Of a stretch of DNA of 64,000 nt, positions 52,781 through 64,000 are shown one piece after another (within the stretch, counting starts at the first letter, position 1; the number at the start of each line of letters is the position of its first letter). The DNA is from Octopus sinensis (lineage: Eukaryota). The position numbers and the translations under genes were made by a program. The DNA lies in assembly GCF_006345805.1 (NCBI RefSeq), contig NC_043009.1:51336001-51400000 (forward strand), given 5' to 3'. The notes under the pieces were generated by a model. That model saw only the letters and a program-made list of their open reading frames with translations, made no database searches and had not been told where the DNA came from.

Positions 52781-53764
52781 TTCCCAATACGTTTTATCTT
52801 AATAATTCTGATGCGCACTCTATACGATCTTTTTACATTTTCGTTTTTCTCTCTTTTCTCTCTTACTCTTATTCTCATTCAATACCACTCAAAAAGTACC
52901 CTCGAAAACAATCGTAAATTTCACAGCAATGACCACAAATAATGAACCTCTAATGAAATACATACATGAAAATGCCAACATCATACCAAATGATTTTCTG
53001 TGCACACTACCTAGCGTCTCAGCTCACATACAAATACTAAGCGTAACTAACAACACTTTCATTTACTTAAAAGAAAAAGCACCCCATTGCGGTGGGTAAT
53101 CTCTAAAAACAGTAAACAAACGTTTATACAAAAACCTGATCATGGAAACACCCACTGGCACCCCGAAAAGTGAGGAAAATATCTCACCCTCCCCATAGCC
53201 CGGAAATAAGTAGTGCATCATTTTCTTGGTTTTGCGCAATATAGGCAGTTTAAACGTGCGTGGCCTGAGATTGCTTTAGAAGGAAGGACACCTCTTCCAC
53301 GACCTTGGATCACTGGGTTTGGACGTTCAAGAGAGGTTGTGTGGATGTCACAGGTGGGAGGTTTAAGGACGGACACCGTTCTCACCGGAAGTGGCTTAAT
53401 TAAATATTTCAGATTTCCCTTGAAAAGAAAGCTGTGATTCGGGAGAGAGGAGTTGTCCTCGTACGAAATTTGAGGAAAGATGGGTAAAACTTGCACGAAT
53501 GATTAGAATGAATGGATCTAACTTGGGCATAACCTTCTAGGCATTTGCTCTAGCGAACAGGTTGTCACGTGGCTTGTGTGGTTTCCACTTTAAAATACCA
53601 CTACTTTTGGGTAACACTGTTGTTTAATATGTTTACCCCTTTAAGTTTTTAGCCTTTTACCACTGTTAAAACTGTCCACATTTTTTTATGTGTGAGCGCA
53701 CCCGTATGTCCTGTAGAGTCCCTTCATGTCAGAGTATAGTTACTAATAAAGTAAGGAATTTCTT

Positions 53765-54018
53765 GTCGAACAACCACACAGGTGATTTGTTCATACTGAT
53801 CAAATGTTTTTGTTCACATAAGCTCACTCACTCCATCAAATCGACATTACCTGTACAGGTGTAGCGTGTGCTGCATGCTGGATGACGAAATGATCGCAGA
53901 GCAACGTGAAATGAAGTGCTTTGCTCAAGAACATCATGCAGCGCCAGGTCTGAGAATCGAAACTACGATCTCACAACCGTGAGTGCAACATCCTAACCAC
54001 TAAGCCATGCGCCTTCAC
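53765..54018 (-). mobile_element. Family-D tRNA-head SINE
   Basis: Minus strand gcgcatggcttagtggttagg (A-box), gtttcgattc (B-box), ttcttgagcaaagcacttc body. Confidence 0.8.
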
Positions 54019-54029
54019 ACACACACACA

Positions 54030-54096
<67 letters not shown>

Positions 54097-54108
54097 TATA
54101 TATATATA

Positions 54109-54166
<58 letters not shown>

Positions 54167-55328
54167 TATATATACATATATATATACTAGCAGAAAGACC
54201 ACCCACCGTTTTCTGCTAGCCACTCGGTAATATTTTCACATTTGATTCCCAATTCCAATAAGTTTTAGAATATTGTCCGCCGTCATGCCTTTGCTGCTAA
54301 ATGTTCTTTTTCAGTTGCATATTTTGGCATTCTTTCGAGTGAACATATGGTTTTGTTCGTTAATTTCTGTAAAAAAATGTTTATTTATATACTTTTGTTT
54401 TAAAGTGAAAGACATCAAAAGTGAAAGATGTGTATTTGAAATGGTCGCGCGCACGCATTTGTGCGTGTGTGTTTATGAGAGAGAGAGAGAAAGTATAGGG
54501 GTGTGTTGTCATATATACGCACATAAATAAATATGCATACTTTTTTGAATGTATGTGTGTATGAGTGTGTGTGAGAGATAGAGGGACAGAGAGAGTGCCA
54601 CTTAAACACCACTCTCTCTCTCTGTTTGACACACACGCATGCATATAAAAAAGATATATGCATATGTATTTATTAAGTACGTAAACATGACAACACACTC
54701 CTTCATTCACTCACACACTCACTCTCTCTCTCTCCCTCTCTTTCACACACACACATACACAAACACAAATTTATACAAACATACATACAAGAACACACGT
54801 GTGCCAGTGACACTGACTACAAATACATAGAGCTGAACACAGTGCGCAAAATGTAAATAAACAAAAATTGCTAAAGGAATTACCGAACTGTACGGGCTCA
54901 AGCGAAATAATGTTCGTATTCTTTTGGGCAGTGAGAAAGTGTGTGTGGGGGAGAAAAGGGTGGAGAGAGAACATTGCAAACAATGAATGACATAAATATG
55001 AAATGAAAAATCGTATAAATAAAAGCTCGGTACCGAACATTCTTGTACTGAATATTTGAATTTGTGAACTTGAAATATTCAATAATAAAAGGAAGTTCAG
55101 AACGTAAAGTTCCTTGAAAATTTCAATTTACAAAAAAAATCTTACTTATTTAGTAAATATTCTTTCAGTAATTTATCGTAGTTGTTTGCAAATAGCGAAT
55201 GAAATCTGAAATGAAAACATTAACACAGAGTGAGAGGTTTCGCAAATGAAAACGGAAATTTTCACCTGCAGCGAATTAATATTGCTTAGCTAGTTGCTTC
55301 ATTGAAAAAGGTTTTAAAAAAGTTAATC

Positions 55329-55384
<56 letters not shown>

Positions 55385-55739
55385 CAATATTATGTATTTT
55401 TGATGAAAAATAAAGTGAAGATCCTAATATGTATTCGAGGTCAAATTAATCCTGCATCCCAAGTATGGAATCAATTCGCACAGCCGTTTTCGCGTGAAGA
55501 GCGAATACACACACAGTAGTCTATTATATATATTATATATTATATATATGTTTCAGCAATGCAAATACACACGTGGAATTGGGGATTTCTTTTCCATCTT
55601 TGGACATTTCCCTTTCTCCTTGCCGACAAAGTGCTGCAGCTCGAAACCTCAAAATCTCTCTCTTTTTACTGAGCGTCAAACTAATACATTCTTTGTGCAT
55701 TGCTCTTTTTCATTGTTATTGTTCGTTTATTTGATCTGA

Positions 55740-55780
<41 letters not shown>

Positions 55781-56319
55781 CATGTATGCATAAGTATAAG
55801 GATTATGTATGTAGATATATATGTATATAAATATGCATATGCATATATATCATGATACTTGACTGAAGAATCCCGGACAGAAATTTTGTTTTTAATGCAG
55901 TTGACACGGCCCGATGAAACAGTAATCTGCTGGTATCGAAACGACACTGATATGCGTTGGGTAATTGATAGGAATATATACTTGATATGCGTTTATTCTG
56001 TGCAAAACTTTTATGTCTTGGTGTCCTGTTAATCTGAGTTGTCATTTATTCTCGTAATGTTGAACCTTTAAAGTGTTTTTCGTTTATGTTGGTTTTCAGG
56101 TTGCAGTTTTTACATGTAATGATATAGCATAAATTGTTTACATGGTTTGTCGTATTTATTCTTTTTATTTTCCTATCACCGGGAGAAGATAAGAAAAAAG
56201 AAGGAATATGAATAGAATTAAATACTAAAAATAATTTGGTACGAATATATATATTTATAAATAATACAAGTCAATTCTGTCGGTCTTGCGCATTCTAGAA
56301 AGTGCTGTCATTGCTTATT

Positions 56320-56930
56320 AATAAATATTTCAAATTTTAGAACAAGACCAGAAATTTCGTTGGAGCGGGTAAGTAGATTTCATCGAGCCATTGTTCAACA
56401 GCCATTCATTTTATCGACCAAGAAAGGATGAAAAGTAAAATCGACCTCAGTGGAATTTGAACTCAGAACGTAAAGACGGAGGAAATAGCGTAAAATATTT
56501 TGCCCGGTGCAGTAACGCTTCTGGGGTGGGGTTGTAAATCGATTAATCGACCCAATTGGGGAACTGCTTCTTATTTTATCGACCCTGAAAGGATGAGAGA
56601 TAAAGTCGACCATATTTGAAGTCAAAACGTAAAGACCGACGAAATGGCGCTAAACATTTTACCCGTCGTGTTAACGCCTATGCCTGCTCTCCGCTATACT
56701 ACATATCGATAATTCTTTCTTTTAAAGGCACAAGGCCTGAAATTTTGGGAGATGGGTCTAGTCATTTACATGGATCCTAGTGTTTTACTGGTACTTCCTT
56801 TATCGACCTCGAAAGGATGAAAAGCAGTGTAAACCTCGGTGGAATTTGAACTCGGAACGTAAATACGGAGGAAATATCACCAAGCATTTTGCCCAGCGTG
56901 CTAACGATTCTACCATCTTGCTGCCTTATA
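56320..56930 (-). mobile_element. Cluster of three degenerate family-A SINEs
   Basis: Three ttttatcgacc..aaaggatga..gaatttgaa cores at about 56410, 56575 and 56800. Confidence 0.8.
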
Positions 56931-58639
56931 TCGCATATTATTAATAATTATCACTTAGCACACAGGTGCATGACAAAGCGTTTATTTTGCATGTAAACGT
57001 TCTTGATATTTTGTCCCAACGCTCAAAAGTATTACAAGGTAACCATCATCTGTTATTTTCATAAGTCACAATAAATCCGAGATTATAATGTGTGTCCAGT
57101 TTTCGAAAACACTGTGATGTGATTCATGATATATTTATCTGGTAACTTTAGCAGCTCAAGGAACCATAGATTAAGGATCTTATTAGGGTACTGCATGCTC
57201 TTAACTAATGTGGCTTTTATTTAGTAGGCAAGCTGCCAGTAAACTTAGCACGCCGGCTGAAATGCTAAGTGAATTTTCGAAAGTATTTACGTTCGGAATT
57301 CTCTTCTTCAGCAAAGATCTTCATTTTCGCAGTCAAGTCACCATTTAGCAAATGAGTAATCTTGCGACGGATCATGTTTTTTTTTTTTTTTTCAGAGAGG
57401 AGTATATACGGCAGAGAAACCGAGAAAACGGCCCCATGATCCTTAGCATAGGGTAATGTGGAAAAAAACATTCATTTTTAGTTGCCCTCAAGATAAAATA
57501 TCAACCAATTACAGGTAGCAATGGGACATAGACAAACTGCCTCTCCTCAAAACTACTGGTCTTGTGTCTAAACTAAAAATAATTATACTTTCTAATCCTT
57601 AAAGAAAGGACAAAAAACTACACCTGACCTAGGTAGGATTTGAACACATTGTATGAGAACGAGCATTAAGTTACCAGGAGGTGTTTCATATGACATTCTG
57701 TGGTATCCGATGTTCCCACTACCACTACACAGTCAACAACGATAAAGTTTGCACTAGAAAACGTGTTTAGTAAAATCCAGCTCCATTGACAGTTCTTGGT
57801 TTGGATAAATAAACAGCAACTGTAGTAATAATAGAGGACATAATAAATTGGTAGTGTGTATGGGTGTGAATGTTTATTTGTGTTTGTTTAGGAGAAAGGA
57901 TCTTGCGAGAGAAGAGACAGTGAGGGTGAAAATGGAACTAGGAAGGTAAATGAATGGATGAATGAATGAATGGACGAAACGAACAAAGATAGTATCAGGA
58001 ATAACAAGGAGTTTTAGAATAAATAATTTTATTTTCAAAGCCGAACTAAGTTTAGAAAGAAAAATATAACGACTCGTTGGTAGATAAGGCTGTGATGTTA
58101 TGGTTGGTTTACAAAGTTTGTTGTTTCGTCTGTTTGTTTGCTTGTGTATGTGTGTGTGTGTGCGTGAAAGAGAGGGAATGGATAGACAGGATGTTGAAAG
58201 AGAGCAGGAGAAAGGTGGATGGAGATGATGTAGAATACAAGTAAAGGGGGGAGCAAAAGCAAGAAAAAACACAAAGGAAGAACGTGAAAAGGAGAGAAGG
58301 TAAGAAACTGAGAAATACTCATTCATGAAACAAAACTTTCAAATTCATCAGCACCAGAACTACCACTACCACCACCATCATCACCACCACCACAGCACCA
58401 CGAACAGCAACAACAACAATAACAAGAACAATAAATATACTAGCAGTAGTAGCAGCAGCAGCAGCAGCGGTTGCTATAACAACAACAACGCCATCCACCT
58501 CACCGCTATCAGCATTTAAAAGAAGTTACAGGAATACTGTTGCTTTTTGGAAATGTTTGCTTTACAGTTTGGGAATGGTTATCATATTTCTTCTACAGTT
58601 ACGGTCGTTTTCTCACACAAAATTGTTTAGAATTGTATA

Positions 58640-58729
58640 TCTTCATCATCGTTATTGTTGTTGTTATCGTTGTTGTTGTTGTTGTTGTTGCAGTCGTTGT
58701 CGCCGTCGCCGTCGTCGTTGTTGTTTTAG

Positions 58730-58782
<53 letters not shown>

Positions 58783-58955
58783 CTTCTTCTTCTTCTCTTC
58801 TTCTTCTTCTTCTTCTTCGTCTTCTTCTCCATGGTTTCCAAATTCTTCTCGTCATCCCCATCATTTCTTTCATTTCTTCATCTTCCTCGTCTTTCTCTTC
58901 TTCATTCTATTCTGGTTGTTGTAGTCATTGTTTTTGTTATTATCATCATCATCAT

Positions 58956-59031
<76 letters not shown>

Positions 59032-59050
59032 GCTGCTGCTACTACTACTA

Positions 59051-59082
<32 letters not shown>

Positions 59083-59095
59083 ACTGCTACTATTT
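58640..59095. repeat. Compound (GTT/CTT/TAC/TGC)n microsatellite
   Basis: Directly visible; abuts a SINE-A tail at 59095-59190. Confidence 0.95.
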
Positions 59096-59221
59096 CAAAT
59101 GTTGGCACAAGGCCAGCAATTTTAGGGAGGAAGTAAGTCGATTATATTGACCCCAGTACTCAAGTGCTCCTTATTTTATCGACCCCAAAATAAGGAAATG
59201 TTTATTATTATTATTATTATT

Positions 59222-59749
59222 TTTCATATACACAACAGATTAAATTGTTGGAAAAGTTTAAAAAAAAAAAATTCCTCCTAAGTATCCTAGCTGTCCCTAA
59301 TAACACTGTTTTCTGGGGCAGTACTAAACTGGATTTCAAGTCTATTTCCTCTAGCCATCTATTCGGATAGATCCTTAGGGATAGTTCCCAATGCACCTAT
59401 AGCTACTGTGATGCATTCTATCTGCACTTTCCATAATCTCTGTAATTAAATGGCTAGGTCCTGATACTTTGCAATTTTTTCTCTACCTCTCATATTGATT
59501 TTTCCTCATTTGGGACTGTAAAGTCAATTATCTGGCACTTTCTATTCTCTTTATCTACTACTACTACTACTAAATCGGGCCTTCTAGCTTCTATTACTCT
59601 GTCAGTCTGAATGTTAAAGTCCCACAACATTTCTTACTTCCTAGTACTTTACTACGTTCGTGTTCATACTATTTATCAGTATGTCCAAATCCTAGCCTTC
59701 TACATAACTCCCAGTGGATTACACTCCCTAGGTTGTTATATTTTCTTGT
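59222..59749 (-). mobile_element. R4/Dong-type REL LINE 3' fragment
   Basis: HWELCRRLGF..MLWDFNIQTDRVIEARRPDLVV..DKENRKCQIIDFTVP..KYQDLAI.LQRLW..IGALGTIP; (AAT)n on both sides. Confidence 0.88.
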
Positions 59750-59807
59750 ATTATTATGATTATTATTATTATTATTATCATTATTATTATCATTATTATT
59801 ATTATTA

Positions 59808-59847
<40 letters not shown>

Positions 59848-59859
59848 ATTATTATTATT

Positions 59860-60403
59860 GAGTGAGAGAGCAGTGCATGCCATCAAAGTGACACTGGGGT
59901 AAAATATACGAAGCCCAATATACCCATCATGACTATCCGTATGATAAGGGTACACCAGGCACATGCATCACAACCATATGTGCACGACATGGTGATCTCA
60001 TATCAAGATAAACAGCACATGACCTTGCAGGTGGGGCCCAGTTAGAATTTTCTTCAGGTTGAGTAGCCCATCCCGCTCAAAAGGTCCCTGAATAAGGGTT
60101 GTTTAAGGATGTTGAAAGAACCACCCAGAGGTGAATTATTCAAACCCCAAAGAATCCCTCTCAACAAATGGCTATGATGCTCCCCCACTACTTCTGCTCG
60201 TGATCAGAGATGCACATATCGTCAGCCACTAAGGGACATGCTCAACTGGTTAAGGTCAAACAACTGACAAGCAAATCTGTGGTATTGAGCAGAATATTTG
60301 CTGTAGCCCATCTTTTATACCAAGAAAAACAATGTACATGATAACACTTCCAATCAGTTAAGATCAGAAGCCATGAGAGCCACTGCCTGGTACTGCATCA
60401 GGG

Positions 60404-60404
<1 letters not shown>
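59860..60404 (-). mobile_element. Unclassified 545-bp non-coding element X flanked by (AAT)n
   Basis: Sharp boundaries in (AAT)n on both sides, second copy at 18267-18595, no ORF, TIR or Pol III boxes seen. Confidence 0.8.
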
Positions 60405-60460
<56 letters not shown>

Positions 60461-62596
60461 CATTATTATTATTATTATTAAGGTGGCAACCTATCAGAAT
60501 TATTAGCACGTTGGACAACACACTTCTCTTAGTCCACATACTTGCAATTTCGTCTTTTAGTAATCTGTGCTTTTCAATCTCTTCCAGTTCTTTGTCTCAT
60601 AGGCGATCATTATTATCATAATCATTATCGCCATTATTATCAGTTCCAACACCGCGAAGAGTAACTTTGCCCTTCAGCCTTTTGGGAACGATAAAATAGG
60701 TACCATTCGAACATGCGGGTCGATCTAATCGGCAATTCTGAATAGAATACACAACAACATAGATGCTAATTTAATGAGTTGCTAATTCATTTGTTCGAAC
60801 AGTCGAAACCGACAGATGTTTAACATTATCTTCAGGAATAACGAGATAATATATGCAATAATTATAAACTCGCTCTGATTACCAACGAACGTTAATGTAC
60901 TTGTGTGAAGGAGAGAGAAAAGGAGAGGAAGATGGAGAGAGAGAAGGAGGAAGATTGTGTACTTGTGGTAATATCGATTCATATATGATGTTAGATTTCG
61001 GTATGTCTCAAGCGACTATATACATCTTCGTCATATGGTAAAGTGTCTCCCGAAAGACGAGAAACTGTAAGCTTTTTTTTTTCTTTTTAGGAAAACATGT
61101 TAGAATTCATAGTTAAATTAATGTAACCGTGCATTATAAAAGGCTCATTAAAGAATTAACGGGTGAAACGAAAACAATACTAGTTAATGAGTTATATAGT
61201 TTTATTTGAATTATATCGGCAATTAATTAGTGGTAGTTTAAATATTGATGCCAACTAGTGTTGTAAATCAAGGTAAACCTCAGCGGGATTTGATGTAACC
61301 AAGTACTGCAATCTTTATGTCTGACATTCTCCTAATTGTGTCATGTAATGTCCTTTATGCATGATAGTAATGAATTATGAGAAAGGCTGAAGGCCACGCT
61401 CTTTGCGGGAGTCATTAGTCGATTATTCCGACGCGAATATTTTTTACTGATGTTTTTCCATTATAGATGCTAGACTGCTAAAAGGCAAAATTCAACCTTA
61501 GTGAGTTTTGAACTAAGTAATTAAAGACGCGTAGTATACACCGTAAGCGACATGTCTGGCTTTCTAGAAATTTCAACAATCTCTGCACTTTATACAATAT
61601 AACGGAATTATACAATATAAAATCACGAAACACGACACATATTGCAGTCACTCTTTCCACCTGCAGACGAAGGTGAAATGCCAAATAGTAACGGATGAGA
61701 TAGCAGACTGACTTTTAAATTAAGTAGGATATAATGCCATTGTATTAAATATATTAATGTTAACTTAACTATTGGTTTTCATGAGAATGGCATCTTTTGC
61801 GCATTTGTTTTACAACCAATTCTATATTCTATGCCAACAAGTGAACAGTCTTGGACATTTATTTAATGTGTCTGCTATCAGTGCTTCAACTAATACAATA
61901 AAGTATATGTGCTTTGCTGATGCGGTTTGGTTTAATGAACTCGAATTATATCGGATGTTGTTCCCATGGGAACCGGAATATGTAAATAACATTAGTAAAT
62001 AAACAATATTGTTTTGTTTTATTTTCTCGTCGCAAATCATTTCTAGTCAGTTTTTCATCGCTCCCGGTACTAAATATGTCAACATTAACCTAAGTAATGT
62101 TTATTGTTTAAGGGATGGCAGTATTTATTCGCCATACAATACTAGTCGTTTTCTACATCAATACGATTGTTAAATGACTCTGCCATCGAAATTGCAGTAC
62201 AATAAGTAAAGACTGTTTGTTTCCGAGTCATGATATTATGGCAGAATATGTTCAGAAATATTCATTAATGGCAGATCTAATATAAATCAAACTAAATACA
62301 TCTGATGAGTTGCCGAAACCATTCACACAAAACTATAAAATACATTAACTAATCTTTATCTCTTCTCACTCTTTAAACTTTTTAAGTTTTCCTTTAAAGT
62401 TTGCCTTTTTAATGCGCACTTGCATTAAATTAACTATAAATCAACTAGTTTTCTCACTAGGTTTTTGCCGATATAACCAAGATGTATACATTTTCCCTAT
62501 ATGTTTATATAATGTATATTAATATAATTCAGTGAAGAATTGTAATACCTAATAGCTAGTATAAACTCATATATTGTTATAACTATAAGATCTCTC

Positions 62597-62635
<39 letters not shown>

Positions 62636-63011
62636 GAAATTTTATTAATAACTTACGTTCGTTGGTTGCAGAGGCTTGCATATGTCAGCCAGATACACGG
62701 AGCTATCACAACTTCAGTATTGCCTATCCATATTCTAACTTCATACAGCAATAGTATTTACAAATAAAATGTTTTATTCAAATCGTTAAGTTCCCATTTA
62801 TTAATAATTACTTCCCCTGTAAGATACACGTCGTTTTCTGAAATTTCATTGTAAGGACATCAAAACAGATTTCGCTCTTGAATGAGTCGCGTTCACAACC
62901 ACATGGGCTTTCATACTAGACCCTTGCCATATTCCAGCAAAATTTTCTTTTATTCTCATTCATTTAAAAATACCAAATAACTCGCACCATCCACTCGTAA
63001 AACAAAACCTG

Positions 63012-63585
63012 TTAGTTCGTCAAATATGAAATTTGTAGTAAGGTAAACTTTGACAGCTGCTTACTACAAATTGACAGCTGAAATTTGTAGTAAGGTAAAC
63101 TTCGCCATTATTATATTTTGACAATCTTTATTTTTTGTTAGAAAGCTGACACATCTATTTCTTTATTCTAATTCCTTTTGCCCTTTATAAAGTATCAATA
63201 AATCGTTTTTGCTATTTTTGTTTAGTGATGGATAAATCGGAAATTCGTACAGTTTTGAAATATGGGTTCTTTCTTGGAAATACAGCATCAAAGACAGCTC
63301 GCATTATTAATGGAGTATTTCATTCTAATGTTATTTCACGTAATGTTATAACGTTTTGATAGGAAAAAATTTAATTCCGGCCATGCTGTAAAACAGGCCT
63401 TCCAAGATTTTATTGACTCTAGATAGCCAGGCTTTTACAGTTCCGGGCTGGACAAGCTACCGTTGAAATGGCAAAAATGTATTGACAATATGGGTGCATA
63501 CTTTGATGAGTAAAATTATTCTTTGTATTTGTAAAACATTAGCAAACTATTTTCTTCTCTACAAATTTCATACTTGACGACCTAA
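63012..63585 (+). mobile_element. Internally deleted mariner with both TIRs
   Basis: TIRs ttag(t/g)tcgtcaa(a/g)tatgaaatttgtag; N-terminus MDKSEIRTVLKYGFFLGNTASKTARIIN fused to C-terminus FYSSGLDKLPLKWQKCIDNMGAYFD*. Confidence 0.9.
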
Positions 63586-63642
63586 TACTATTATTGGGCG
63601 TTAATTAAAATCAACAAAAAGAAAAATTATTTGTAGGTATCA

Positions 63643-63916
63643 GAGACATTCGCAAGCTAAGCAACTTGACATTTTTTTCACCGGATTCTTCAAATTTTTC
63701 TATAGGACTCTCATATTCGTGTATTTCTGTAAGTGAAGTCTGCTCTCCCGGTTCGTCCCGTGTATTTACTCGGCACATAAAGAGATATTCGCAAGTAACA
63801 TTTTTTTAATTATCTAATTCTTCAAATTCTTCTGCAGGTCTCCCATATTCCTGTATTTCTTTAAATGAAGCCCGTTTGATCGGTTCATCCTCTTTATTTT
63901 ATTCGGCATTCATAAA
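63643..63916 (-). repeat. Two diverged tandem units with 132-bp (44-codon) core period
   Basis: ttcttcaaatt, gtatttct and ggttc each recur exactly 132 bp apart. Confidence 0.8.
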
Positions 63917-64000
63917 GTGCTAATTTTTCATAATTCAATGAACGTCATCCATGTCTCCTTTAAAATAAATCCTCTTATTGCTTGTTAGAGTCATTTATTA

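Noticed and set aside
53200-53700. Possible LINE ORF1 zinc knuckles on the minus strand
   Set aside because: Cys/His spacing needs several assumed mutations; not supportable by eye.
55905-55945. CCGATGAA..GAAACGAC hammerhead-like string
   Set aside because: Two core changes and no stem I; cannot be distinguished from chance.
62300-62325. CTGATGA-gttgcc-GAAAC
   Set aside because: No stem II beyond one pair, no GUH triplet, no stem I.

Overview
Eukaryotic, AT-rich DNA saturated with microsatellites and transposable elements. The repeat families look like those of an Octopus (coleoid cephalopod) genome; this is pattern recall, not a database result. No intact host gene, rRNA, genuine tRNA or CRISPR array is supported, and nearly all listed ORFs are translations of simple repeats or antisense element fragments. 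The window holds four tRNA-head SINE families (one with swapped 3' tails, one forming fixed-junction multimers), six fragments of R4/Dong-type restriction-like-endonuclease (REL) LINEs mostly embedded in (AAT)n, an unclassified 545-bp element also embedded in (AAT)n, two old CR1-type LINE RT fossils plus a possible endonuclease fossil, Penelope-like remnants, two non-autonomous Helitrons, three mariner remnants and an internally deleted Gypsy element. The most interesting signals are: (1) one intact minimal hammerhead ribozyme and four decayed relatives in Penelope-type repeats; (2) a microsatellite-targeting pair, REL-LINE tails plus the 545-bp element, found adjacent and co-oriented twice; (3) three local fold-back structures (12960-13390, 23520-23694, 49851-50308). 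Boundaries of degraded elements are approximate.
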